Shown here: piece after piece, positions 1-8,276 of the stretch
Numbering within the stretch: position 1 is the stretch's first letter
Layout: each line of letters begins with the position of its first letter
Assembly: GCA_027593235.1 (NCBI GenBank)
Contig: JAQCIU010000056.1
Coordinates: forward strand, 1 to 14,134
Length of the DNA stretch: 14,134 nucleotides
Direction of reading: 5' to 3'
Origin: Chloroflexota bacterium
GTDB lineage: Bacteria; Chloroflexota; Dehalococcoidia; UBA2979
Program-made: the position numbers and the translations under genes
The notes under the pieces: generated by a model
What the model saw: only the letters and a program-made list of their open reading frames with translations
Database searches by the model: none
Told to the model about the DNA's origin: nothing

Positions 1-699
1 TTGGGGACACATGCGCGTGCTCGGCGAACTACGCAAGCTCGGGTTCAGCGTCAGCCTGCAGACGGTACGGCGCTACCGGAGGGACGTACCGCGCGACCCC
101 GCCTCGAGCTGGCGCACCTTCCTCGAGAACCACCGCCCTGAGATCTGGGCGGCCGACTTCTTCACCGTGCACACCCTGTCGTTTCAGACGCTCTACGTCT
201 TCTTCATGATCGCCCACGATCGCCGGACCGTGATGCACGTCAACGTCACACGGCATCCGCAGGCATCATGGGTCTGGCGTCAGCTGATCAACGCCACGCC
301 TTGGGGCAGCGCGCCACGGTTCCTCATTCGCGACCGGGACCGTCTGTACGGCGGCGATTTCGTCGCGCGGGCGAAGCGCATCGGCATCCGGACGGTGCTG
401 ACACCAATCGCGACGCCGCAGGCGAACGCCGTTGCGGAGCGCCTGGTCGGAACATTCCGTCGGGAATGCCTCGACCACATCATCGTGCTCAATGAGCGGC
501 ATCTCCGAGCGGTGCTCCGCGAGTTCGTCCAGCACTACAACGAGGCACGTCCTCATCAAGCGAACGACCTACAGGCTCCCGAGAGTTCCTTCGTGGCGCG
601 CCGATCGACGGAAGGGCGGGTCATCCGTCGGCCGGTACTCGGCGGACTGACCTATGAATACGAGCGGGAGGCTGCCTGACGGCGTAATGGCACCGCACA
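1..699 (+). mobile_element. Right part of an IS481-like insertion sequence; right end ...TAATGGCACCGCACA at ~685-699
   Basis: An ACA terminus lies 20 nt after the transposase stop. It closely resembles the terminus TAATGGCGCACCGCACA at 13440-13456. Confidence 0.65.
2..679 (+). CDS. IS481-like transposase / integrase core domain protein (5' end outside window)
   Basis: Frame is open from the window edge (WGHMRVLGELRKLG...). It carries rve DDE motifs: WAADFFTV, FLIRDRD, TPQANAVAERLVGTFRRECLD, YNEARPHQ. Clear paralog of 2777..3799. Confidence 0.9.
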   Translation, partial: WGHMRVLGELRKLGFSVSLQTVRRYRRDVPRDPASSWRTFLENHRPEIWAADFFTVHTLSFQTLYVFFMIAHDRRTVMHVNVTRHPQASWVWRQLINATPWGSAPRFLIRDRDRLYGGDFVARAKRIGIRTVLTPIATPQANAVAERLVGTFRRECLDHIIVLNERHLRAVLREFVQHYNEARPHQANDLQAPESSFVARRSTEGRVIRRPVLGGLTYEYEREAA

Positions 700-746
700 C
701 GCCCGGTCCCGACGCGTGCCCGCCGGCACGCGCCGTCGGGATCGGT

Positions 747-2528
747 TCATCGGCTCGCTGGACGCTGCGCGGCGTCATCGAGGATCTGTCGGTAGGTGTG
801 ACTGCGGGCGCTCGGGGCCTCGAGGAGGGGGAGCGCCCCATAGCGTTCTGCCTCTGACCACCAGAGGTCCTGGAGTTCGGACAGTTTTTCGGGATGCTGC
901 TGGGCGAGGTCGGTCGTCTCCGAGTAGTCCTCGTTCAGGTTGTAGAGCTCCCACAGGTCGTCGTCGAAGCTGGTCCCCGGAGTGTGGAACGCGAGCGCCT
1001 TCCAGCCTTGATGGTAGATCGACCGAGATCCCCAGAGTTCGAAGAACTGGGTGTCACGGTCGCTCGGTCGATCAGCGTCGTCGAAGTTGGGCCGGAAGGT
1101 CACGCCGTGGAGGGGCATCTGGGCGACACCGCCGAATTCCGACGGTACCTCGATCCCCACGATGTCGAGGACGGTCGGCGTGATGTCGATGACGTCCAGG
1201 AACTGGTTGCGCAGGCCAGGTCGAGTGATCTCGTTCGGCCAGGAGACGATCAGGCCCGTGCGCACCCCGCCGTTGAACGGCCAGAGTTTGTAGTACTGAA
1301 ACGGCGTATTCGAAGCCATGGCCCACGGGCGTTGGTAAAGGGGCTGCGAGTCACGCGAACCGAGGTCGTCGAGGCGCTCGTACATATCGTGGATCGACAT
1401 CTCATCGCGGTAGGGGTGCGCGAAGTTGCCCTGCGGTCCGGCCTCGGGTGCTCCGCCGTTGTCGGAGAGCAGACAGATGAGCGTGTTGTTCCAGAGGTCG
1501 TTGTCCTTGAGGAACTGCAGCAACCGCCCGATCTGGTCGTCGGTGTGCTCGGTGAACCCGGCGTAGGCCTCCATGAACCGTGCGTAGACGGTTCGCTCCT
1601 CGTCAGTCAGATCGACCCAAGCCGAGTCACCTGGGTTGCGCGGCGGGAGCGCGGTGTTGGGGGGAATGACCCCGGATTCGAGCTGGCGTTGGTAACGCTG
1701 CTCGCGGATCAGGTCCCAGCCTGCGTCGAACGCGCCCCGGTACTTGTCGATGTACCGCTTAGGTACCTGGACCGGCGCGTGCAGCGCGCCGAACGAGAGA
1801 TAGAGAAAGAACGGCTTCTCGGCGTCGCTCTCGAGTCCGGCGCCGAGCATGTCGATCGACCGATCGACGATGTCTTCGGAGAAGTGGTAGTCGGGTCGAT
1901 CCGGCGACTCGATCGCGTGGTTGTCCTCCACGAGATCCGGGCGGTACTGGTCCGTCCAGCCGGAGAGGAAGCCGTAAAACCGATCGAACCCCTTCTGGAG
2001 AGGCCAGTGGGTGCGTTCGGCGGTCGCCGTCATCTGGTCGCGCGGCAGCAGGTGGTACTTGCCGGCTGCGAGCGTCGTGTAGCCGCGCTGCCTGAGGAGC
2101 TGCGCCACGTTAGCTGCGGACGCTGACACCCGGCCCCGAGCGTGTGGGTAGCCAAGGTCGCCGCTGGGCAGCTCCTTCATGCCGACGCTGTGAGCGTTGC
2201 GGCCGGTCAGCAGCGACGCCCGCGTGGGCGAGCAGATCGCCTTGGAGTGGAAGTTGTTGTAGAGCAGGCCGCCGGCGGCCAGGGCGTCGATGTTGGGAGT
2301 CTCTACCTCGGCCCCGTAGCAACCGAGGTCGGCGAACCCAGCGTCGTCGAGGACGATATAGATGATGTTGGGGCTGCCGGGATTCGGACGGGGCTCGTCG
2401 AGCATCGCGGGCGTCGAGTCGCCCGCTGTCCTGCCGATCACGCCGGCGAATTCGCTCGCGACCGGCCCGACCATCGACGGGCCCTCGGCGTCGACGGAAT
2501 CGTCCGCTGCCTGCTCCTGTTGAACCAT
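747..2528 (-). CDS. Arylsulfatase (formylglycine-dependent, Cys-type sulfatase), ~593 aa
   Basis: Motifs PNIIYIVLDDAG, CSPTRASLLTG (CxPxR), GKYHL, SDNG and YYKLWPFNGGVRT. Start placed at ATG 2528, which follows a GGAGG RBS (cggaggtgcgagATG). The longer ORF-track extension runs into the IS end. Confidence 0.93.
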   Translation of the reverse strand: MVQQEQAADDSVDAEGPSMVGPVASEFAGVIGRTAGDSTPAMLDEPRPNPGSPNIIYIVLDDAGFADLGCYGAEVETPNIDALAAGGLLYNNFHSKAICSPTRASLLTGRNAHSVGMKELPSGDLGYPHARGRVSASAANVAQLLRQRGYTTLAAGKYHLLPRDQMTATAERTHWPLQKGFDRFYGFLSGWTDQYRPDLVEDNHAIESPDRPDYHFSEDIVDRSIDMLGAGLESDAEKPFFLYLSFGALHAPVQVPKRYIDKYRGAFDAGWDLIREQRYQRQLESGVIPPNTALPPRNPGDSAWVDLTDEERTVYARFMEAYAGFTEHTDDQIGRLLQFLKDNDLWNNTLICLLSDNGGAPEAGPQGNFAHPYRDEMSIHDMYERLDDLGSRDSQPLYQRPWAMASNTPFQYYKLWPFNGGVRTGLIVSWPNEITRPGLRNQFLDVIDITPTVLDIVGIEVPSEFGGVAQMPLHGVTFRPNFDDADRPSDRDTQFFELWGSRSIYHQGWKALAFHTPGTSFDDDLWELYNLNEDYSETTDLAQQHPEKLSELQDLWWSEAERYGALPLLEAPSARSHTYRQILDDAAQRPASR

Positions 2529-2692
2529 CTCGCACCTCCGAGGGCGCATTGTAGTCGGCACCGGACCTGGGGAGTGACCGGCGGCGGCCACTGTACTGCC
2601 CGACCGATCAGCCCGGGAGCGCGCAAACGAGCATGCCGAGCTCGGAGCCCCGACGTCCAGATGGGCGGCGCCGTGAACGCGACGAGCGGGCT

Positions 2693-3824
2693 TGTCGGAC
2701 CACAATATTAGGATCGTGCTGATTTGACTGGGCGGATGATAGAGACAAGCCTTCGGTTCCGACCCGGAGGTGAAGCGTGCTCGCATACATCCGCCCGTGG
2801 CTCACGGTGGTCTCCGCCTGGTTTCGCGAGCGGCGGGACCTCGCATTCGAGAACGCGGCGCTGCGCCAGCAACTGGCGATGCTCGAGCGGCGGCAACCAC
2901 AGATTCGTGACACCGATCGCTGGTTCCTGGCCGCACTGATCCAACTCTGGCCGGACTGGAGAGATGCCGTGGTCGTGGTGCGACCGGAAACGGTCGTCCG
3001 CTGGCACCGCGCCGGCTGGCGACGCTACTGGTCGTGGAAGAGCCGCACCCGCGGGCGCGGACGGCCGCGCATCGACGCTGAAGCACGCGAGCTGATCATG
3101 CGGCTCGCGCGGGAGAACCCGGGCTGGGGTGCGGTCCGCATCCAGGGTGAGCTGCGCACGCTGGGGCACGACATCAGCGCTGAATCGGTACGTCGCTACC
3201 GACGGCGGGCGCGTCGCCGGCCGGCAACGCGACGCTGGCGTGAGTTCCTCCGCAACCATCGGCAGGAGATCTGGGCATCGGACTTCTTCACCGTGCCGAC
3301 GCTGACGCTCAGCACGCTCTACGTCTTCTTCGTGATCTCGCATGACCGGCGGCGCATCGAACACTTCAACGTGACGCGGCATCCGACGGCTGACTGGGTG
3401 TGGCGGCAGCTGATCGAGGCCACGCCGTGGGGAGTGACGCCGCGCTTCCTGATTCGCGACCGCGATCGCGCCTACGGCGGCGACTTCGTCGCCCGAGCGA
3501 AACGGATCGGTATCGAAACCGTGCTGACACCAGTACACGCGCCGCAGGCGAACGCGATCGCTGAGCGATTGGTTGGGACGCTGCGGCGTGAATGCGTCGA
3601 CCACATCATCCCGCTGGGCGAACGGCATCTGCGCTCAGTGCTGCGCGAGTACGTCGATTACTACAACGCCACCCGACCGCACCGGACGCTCGAGTTGGAG
3701 ACGCCGACAGGGCCGCGCCCGGTTCAATCTCGGGGTCGAGTCGTCGCCCATCCGATCCTCAACCGGCTCCATCATCGCTACGCACGGGATGCTGCCTGAT
3801 GTGATCGAATATTGTGGTCCGACA
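2693..3824 (+). mobile_element. Complete IS481-like insertion sequence, 1132 bp, with perfect 17-bp terminal inverted repeats
   Basis: TGTCGGACCACAATATT at 2693-2709 and its exact reverse complement AATATTGTGGTCCGACA at 3808-3824 bracket a single transposase. Ends are TGT...ACA. No target-site duplication is visible. Confidence 0.88.
2777..3799 (+). CDS. IS481-like transposase / integrase core domain protein, 340 aa
   Basis: GTG start after GGAGG. N-terminal ENAALRQQL and PETVVRWHRAGW, HTH-like GRPRID...ENPGWGAVRIQGEL, and rve core WASDFFTV / RDRD / ANAIAERLVGTLRRECVD. Confidence 0.93.
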   Translation: MLAYIRPWLTVVSAWFRERRDLAFENAALRQQLAMLERRQPQIRDTDRWFLAALIQLWPDWRDAVVVVRPETVVRWHRAGWRRYWSWKSRTRGRGRPRIDAEARELIMRLARENPGWGAVRIQGELRTLGHDISAESVRRYRRRARRRPATRRWREFLRNHRQEIWASDFFTVPTLTLSTLYVFFVISHDRRRIEHFNVTRHPTADWVWRQLIEATPWGVTPRFLIRDRDRAYGGDFVARAKRIGIETVLTPVHAPQANAIAERLVGTLRRECVDHIIPLGERHLRSVLREYVDYYNATRPHRTLELETPTGPRPVQSRGRVVAHPILNRLHHRYARDAA

Positions 3825-3866
3825 GGCGTGTGAGGTTACTGTGGCTCCGTGTCGGCGCGCGGCAGG

Positions 3867-4772
3867 CTAGCTGCTTCCAGTCAGGGGCACTGACTGATGG
3901 AACGTGTATCCGGCCGGTGCCGGCGCGCCCGCGCGGTCGAGCGCCGCGCGCCAGGCCGGTGAGGCGCCGAGCATCGAGCGCAGCACACGCACCGCTACCC
4001 GCCCAATGCGCAGTGCTCCGGGTCTGGTCCGAAACCCCAGAATCGTCCGAACGCGTGGCGGTAGTGTCGCGACGGCAGCCTCAAACAGCACGCGGTAGAC
4101 GAGTCGCACCGGCCATGCGGCCGGCGGGGAGCGCAGGAAAGCGACCGCCTCCTCCATCCCCGGCGAAGCTCCCAGGCTTGGCAACCCATCGATCCATTGC
4201 GACAACCTGGTCGACGTTGTGGGCAGCGGCGCCGCTCGAAGCATCGCCCCCAACCGTGCTTGCTCGGCGACATACCGGTCCGCCTCCTCGGGAGACAGCG
4301 TCTCGGCACCGAACTCTCGGTAGCAGACGAGGAACGACTCACTGAGCGCGTTGTGCACCCACGCCGCGAGTGGCGCGGCCGACGCCGAGTACCTGCGTCC
4401 GCGATGCGACTCTCCGCTCACGGGGCGATGCGCCCGCGCGACGGTTGCGACCGCCTGCTCCACCTCCGGCATTGCCCCGAACGCCGTCGCCGTTACGTAG
4501 GCCGACGTCCGCGCGAGTCGGCCGAGCGGGTCCTCCTGGAACCGGGAGTGCTGCATCAGCCCCGCGACGACTTCTGGGTGTGCTGCCTGGACAAGCAGCG
4601 CGCGAATCCCCGCGACGAACACCGACGCATCTCCAAGGATCCGCCAAGTCACCGAGTCCGGGCCAAACAGCCCGGGGTCACCGGCGTAGCGGCCGCTGGT
4701 GTCGAGCGGGAAGGGTGCCTCGGAGAACAGGTCGTTCGTCGTTCCGATTACCCGCGATCTGACGTCGAACAT
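3867..4772 (-). CDS. Oxygenase MpaB family / DUF2236 protein
   Basis: Characteristic GLFGPDSVTWRI...GIRALLVQAAHP.V.AG..QHS.F..DPLGRL.RT...H..V.G...Y.A....L.AWVH pattern. Confidence 0.85.
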   Translation of the reverse strand: MFDVRSRVIGTTNDLFSEAPFPLDTSGRYAGDPGLFGPDSVTWRILGDASVFVAGIRALLVQAAHPEVVAGLMQHSRFQEDPLGRLARTSAYVTATAFGAMPEVEQAVATVARAHRPVSGESHRGRRYSASAAPLAAWVHNALSESFLVCYREFGAETLSPEEADRYVAEQARLGAMLRAAPLPTTSTRLSQWIDGLPSLGASPGMEEAVAFLRSPPAAWPVRLVYRVLFEAAVATLPPRVRTILGFRTRPGALRIGRVAVRVLRSMLGASPAWRAALDRAGAPAPAGYTFHQSVPLTGSS

Positions 4773-4791
4773 GACCGGTAACCGCCTGCCC

Positions 4792-5379
4792 TCAACCCGA
4801 GACGCTCGTGGCCAGACGGGCCGCCGCTACTCGCGGGGCCTGGGTCACGCTCTCAAGCGCGTCCAGGACGTCCCCTGGTGACGGATGGTCGCCCGCGTAC
4901 TTGCTGCGATAGACGAACGCCATCTCGTGGCCCGGAAGCAGGATCCAGACGCCGCCCTGTTGCATCGCTACGCCTTGCGTCGTGGTCTGACGGAAGCCGC
5001 GGCGGATCGCACGGAGCGACCGGAGGAGGACCCGCGGCTCGATCGAGCTCAGGAGACCTCGGCGCGCGTCGAGCGCCCGATATACCGCAAGCGGCTCGTC
5101 GCTGTAGACCGGCGCCTCGATGTCGTAGTCCTCAACGAACCAGCCCGCCTGCTCTGGCGAACCGCTGCCGACGAAGACCAGCTCAGCGCCGAGATTCTGC
5201 AGCTCTGGTCGAATGGCGCTCAACTGAGCGGCCTGCTCCTTGCAGAACAGTCAGCCGAAGTGTCGTAGCAGCGACAGTACGACGGGCTGTTCGGACCAGA
5301 GGTCGGCAAGCCGGACAGCCTCGCCATCCGGCGCGATGACCTCGACAGTAGCGAGCGCACTCATGTGCTGGCTCTTCAT
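4792..5379 (-). CDS. Peroxiredoxin-like (AhpC/TSA-type thioredoxin fold, SelU/PRXL2-like) probable selenoprotein, 195 aa, Sec at TGA 5251-5253
   Basis: ATG at 5379 after GGAGG. Translation MKSQHMSALATVEVIAPDGEAVRLADLWSEQPVVLSLLRHFG-TGA-LFCKEQAAQLSAIRPELQ... continues in frame with ORF 4792..5223. RHFGxxFC, VGSGS, QQGG and YAGDHP motifs are typical of the family, and TGA sits at the first redox Cys position. Confidence 0.88.
5195..5250 (-). promoter_or_regulatory. Bacterial SECIS-like hairpin directly 3' of the in-frame UGA
   Basis: The mRNA reads UGA CUG UUCUGCA AGGAGCA GGCCGCUC-AGUU-GAGCGCC AUUCGACCAGAGC UGCAGAA. The apical loop starts 25 nt after UGA and has G at position 2 followed by U. 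A 7-bp basal stem UUCUGCA/UGCAGAA is possible. Confidence 0.65.
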
Positions 5380-5400
5380 CGTGCTTCCTCCGATGGACGG

Positions 5401-5598
5401 CTAGCGGCCGGCGGTCACGCGCTCGGCGAACTCGGCTTCGATGCCGGCGATCGCCTCGTGAGCCTCAGCGATCACCGACCGCTGCTGCTGCCGGTCTTCA
5501 CGACTGATCCGCGCCATCTCGATGTAGGAGGCAATGCCCAGCCCAACGACGGCCGTGACGACCGTACCGACGATTCCGACGATGACTTCCGCACCCAT
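5401..5598 (-). CDS. Small single-pass membrane protein, 65 aa (cassette gene B, copy 1)
   Basis: GGAGGTCACC-ATG start. MGAEVIVGIVGTVVTAVVGLGIASYIEMAR... has one N-terminal hydrophobic helix. Homologous to 13637..13768. Confidence 0.75.
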   Translation of the reverse strand: MGAEVIVGIVGTVVTAVVGLGIASYIEMARISREDRQQQRSVIAEAHEAIAGIEAEFAERVTAGR

Positions 5599-5615
5599 GG
5601 TGACCTCCAGGTCTG

Positions 5616-5672
<57 letters not shown>

Positions 5673-5675
5673 CAC

Positions 5676-5730
5676 ACATTGTACAATACTTCGTCACTAC
5701 CTCTATGAATCATCGTCATATCTACGACAT
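5676..5730. promoter_or_regulatory. Five imperfect 11-bp tandem repeats (possible CarH/LitR-type operator) overlapping a minus-strand -10 box TACAAT (5683-5678)
   Basis: Units are ACATTGTACAA / TACTTCGTCAC / TACCTCTATGA / ATCATCGTCAT / ATCTACGACAT. The stretch is AT-rich in a high-GC background and includes the palindrome ATTGTACAAT at 5678-5687. Confidence 0.5.
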
Positions 5731-5915
5731 CAGGGGCGAGAGCTCCCTCGGCGTGCCTCGAGCAAGGCTCCGAAGGCAAGGATCGAGGGCACCCAGACGC
5801 CCACGAACAGACCTTCGTCCTTCTGGTCAGCGATGAACCACAGCCCCACTGAGAACAGGAAGGAGGCGAACGCCGCGATCAGGATGGCGCCGATGAATCG
5901 ATCTTCTGGGCTCAT
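5730..5915 (-). CDS. Small two-helix membrane protein, 61 aa (cassette gene A, copy 1)
   Basis: AAGGGGAGATT-ATG start. MSPEDRFIGAILIAAFASFLFSVGLWFIADQKDEGLFVGVWVPSILAFGALLEARRGSSRP. Near-identical paralog at 13796..13972. Confidence 0.82.
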   Translation of the reverse strand: MSPEDRFIGAILIAAFASFLFSVGLWFIADQKDEGLFVGVWVPSILAFGALLEARRGSSRP

Positions 5916-6001
5916 AATCTCCCCTTTAGCAGACTCCGCGAGGAGGCTACCGCGAGGGCGGTGTGACAGCCTGCACTTCGCCGTGACCCGAGCGGTTGCC
6001 G

Positions 6002-6007
6002 TATAGT
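6002..6007 (+). promoter_or_regulatory. Putative -10 box (TATAGT) of a leaderless transcript
   Basis: TATAGT lies 7 nt upstream of the GTG at 6015, with no Shine-Dalgarno sequence in between. Confidence 0.4.
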
Positions 6008-6014
6008 CCCTCGC

Positions 6015-6452
6015 GTGAGCCCTACAGCCCCGTTCAGCGCCGATGACCGTCGCTTCCTCGCTGGAGCGATCGTGCCGCTGCACCTCTCGGTGCTCGACCA
6101 AGAGGGCTGTCCGCGCTCCGTCTCGCTGTGGTTTCTCGAGCGTGGCGGCGACCTCTGGTGTGCGACTCAGCGCGCGGCGCGGGTGGTTGGCTACCTCCGG
6201 ACAGACGCGCGCTGCAGCTTCGAGGTGTCGACCCAGACGATGCCGTATCGCGGGATCCGGGGACGCGCGAACGCCGTGATCGAGGAAGCGGGGGCCGACG
6301 AAGTGCTGGGCGATCTGATCGACCGGTACCTCGGCACACGAGGCTCCGACTTCGCGGCCTGGCTGCTATCGCGAGCCGACGAGGAAGTCGCGATACGAAT
6401 CCGCCCGCGACAGCTCAGCCGGTGGGATTTCAGCAGCCGCATGGACACCTGA
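6015..6452 (+). CDS. Pyridoxamine 5'-phosphate oxidase-like (split-barrel flavin/F420-binding) protein
   Basis: G.PRSVSLWF....LWCATQ..A.VV.YLR.D.RC.FEVS...PYRGIRG.A...LIDRYLG...WLLSR...EVAIRI.P..L..WDFS.RM pattern. Confidence 0.85.
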   Translation: MSPTAPFSADDRRFLAGAIVPLHLSVLDQEGCPRSVSLWFLERGGDLWCATQRAARVVGYLRTDARCSFEVSTQTMPYRGIRGRANAVIEEAGADEVLGDLIDRYLGTRGSDFAAWLLSRADEEVAIRIRPRQLSRWDFSSRMDT

Positions 6453-6481
6453 ACGCGCGGCCTCAGCAGGAGCTTCACGAA

Positions 6482-7759
6482 GTGGATCAGGACCGGGGAC
6501 CCGATCGCGGTCCCGATGTGATCGTCGTTGGCGCCGGCCTCGCTGGCCTCGCTGCGGCCGCCGCGTTGCACGACGCGGGCCAGAGGGTCGAGGTCTATGA
6601 GGCCAGTGATGCGGTCGGCGGTCGTGTGCGCACAGACGAAGTCGACGGGTTCCTGCTCGACCGTGGCTTCCAGGTGCTGCTCACGGCCTATCCGACGGCG
6701 CGCGCGATGCTCGACTACGAGGCGCTCGACCTCAGGAGATTCGAGCCCGGTGCACTCATCTACACGAGGCGCGGGTGGGTGCGACTCACCGACCCGTTTC
6801 GCCGCCCTCGTTCGCTGATCGCCTCGATCCGGTCACGGGCCGGCAGCCTGGTCGACAAGCTGCGGGTCCTGCGGCTGCGGTTCCGGGTTTCCCGAGGCTC
6901 GGTCGAAGAGCTCTTCGCTCGGCCGGAGATGACGACGGAAGCGGCGCTTGATCAGGCGGGATTCTCTTCGGGCTTCAAGCGTCGGTTCCTCCGCCCCTAC
7001 CTGCGGGGGATCACACTGGACCGCGATCTGCGGTCGTCGTCCCGATTCTTCGAGTTCGTATTTCGCATGTTCGCCCGAGGCGATGGGGCTGTGCCGGCGG
7101 CGGGCATGGGGGAGATTCCTCGACAGCTCGCGGCGCGACTCCCCGGCGACTGCGTCCACCTGAGCGCTCGTGTTGCGGCGATCAGCCCCGGGGACACCGG
7201 GGTCGAAGTCGCGTTGGCTGACGGGACAACGCACCAAGCTGCGGTGGTGATCCTCGCCACCGACGCGGTCACGGCATCGGAGATCCTCGGGCGGACGGCG
7301 CCGCCCATGCGAGACGTGACGGCGCTCTACTTTGCCGCAGCCGGACCGCCGATTTCGGGCGCGCTGTTGGTGCTCGACGGCGAAGACGAAGGACCGGTCA
7401 ACAACCTCGCCGTGATGAGTGAGGTGTCACCACACTACGCGCCCGCGGGAGAGGCGTTGATCGGGGCCACCGTGCTTGAGTCACCACCAGTCCCTGACGA
7501 CGAGCTTGAGCAGGCGGTACGCGCTCAGCTCACCCGATGGTTCGGCTCAGACGTGTCCGAATGGCGCCTCCTGCGTTGCATCCGCGTCCGCGACGCGCTG
7601 CCGGACCAGGCGGCGATGACGGTTCCGCCGACGCTCGAAGAGGCGCTTCCGGGCGTGGTCCTTGCTGGCGATTACCAGGCGACCCCGAGTATCGAAGGGG
7701 CTCTCGCGTCTGGCCTCGAGGCGGCGAGGTGGGCGATCGCACGAATCGGGTCTCGTTGA
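6482..7759 (+). CDS. FAD-dependent oxidoreductase (flavin amine oxidase / phytoene desaturase / protoporphyrinogen oxidase superfamily), ~425 aa
   Basis: Dinucleotide-binding DVIVVGAGLAGL...EASDAVGGRVRTD.VDGFLLDRGFQVLLTAYP and C-terminal LAGDY..TPSIEGALASG. GTG 6482 follows AGGAG. The ORF-track extension to 6128 overlaps the previous gene. Confidence 0.88.
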   Translation: MDQDRGPDRGPDVIVVGAGLAGLAAAAALHDAGQRVEVYEASDAVGGRVRTDEVDGFLLDRGFQVLLTAYPTARAMLDYEALDLRRFEPGALIYTRRGWVRLTDPFRRPRSLIASIRSRAGSLVDKLRVLRLRFRVSRGSVEELFARPEMTTEAALDQAGFSSGFKRRFLRPYLRGITLDRDLRSSSRFFEFVFRMFARGDGAVPAAGMGEIPRQLAARLPGDCVHLSARVAAISPGDTGVEVALADGTTHQAAVVILATDAVTASEILGRTAPPMRDVTALYFAAAGPPISGALLVLDGEDEGPVNNLAVMSEVSPHYAPAGEALIGATVLESPPVPDDELEQAVRAQLTRWFGSDVSEWRLLRCIRVRDALPDQAAMTVPPTLEEALPGVVLAGDYQATPSIEGALASGLEAARWAIARIGSR

Positions 7760-7781
7760 GCTGCCGGGAGTCGGAGGCCAG

Positions 7782-8276
7782 GTGGCAGCGCCGGTGTCCC
7801 TGAGTACGGTCGGCCGGTGGATCGCCTCGCTCGCTCGTCTACCGCTGAGGAGATTCCGGGTAGTCCGCACGATCGGTGCCAGCCGAGAGATGGCGTGGCG
7901 AGTGATGAGCGAGCCGCAGCTCTGGCCGCGCTGGGGACCTTCGATTCGGCAGGTAACTCCCGAGGGACTTCAGCTGAGGTCAGGCGCTCGGGGGCAGATC
8001 CTGACCGTGGTCGGAATCTGGGTTGCGTTCGAGATCACCTCCGTCACCGACGGCAGATCGTGGGAGTGGCGTGTGCTGGGGGTACCGGCGACCGGGCATC
8101 TGGTGCAGCCCGCTGGGCCGCGGCGGAGCCGGGTTTCATTCGAGCTCCCGCTGCTCGCGTTCCCCTACGCGGTAGTCTGCGCGGTGGCCCTCCGACGAAT
8201 CGAACGCCTGGCTGTGCTTCAGGGTCTAGGGGAGGCTGACTGTTGCGCAGTGCTTCAATCTCGTGAGCGCAACTAG
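7782..8276 (+). CDS. SRPBCC (polyketide cyclase/dehydrase-like) family protein
   Basis: AW..M....WPRWGPSI..V......G..G...T..G....F.IT.....WEWRV.GVPATGH.V pattern. Start is uncertain (GTG 7782 after GGAGG). The stop TAG coincides with the CTAG at the IS5 remnant end. Confidence 0.75.
   Translation: MAAPVSLSTVGRWIASLARLPLRRFRVVRTIGASREMAWRVMSEPQLWPRWGPSIRQVTPEGLQLRSGARGQILTVVGIWVAFEITSVTDGRSWEWRVLGVPATGHLVQPAGPRRSRVSFELPLLAFPYAVVCAVALRRIERLAVLQGLGEADCCAVLQSRERN

Noticed and set aside
894-2126. 410-aa plus-strand ORF
   Set aside because: Antisense shadow of the arylsulfatase. Long open antisense frames are expected at this GC content, and it has no recognisable motifs.
2529-2786. 86-aa N-terminal extension of the sulfatase ORF
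   Set aside because: It overlaps the IS left end and is not sulfatase-like. A strong RBS supports ATG 2528.
2708-3628. 306-aa minus-strand ORF inside the IS
   Set aside because: Antisense shadow of the transposase.
6128-6481. N-terminal extension of the 543-aa ORF
   Set aside because: It overlaps the PNPOx-like gene in another frame and is Arg/Gly-rich. The Rossmann motif starts just after GTG 6482.
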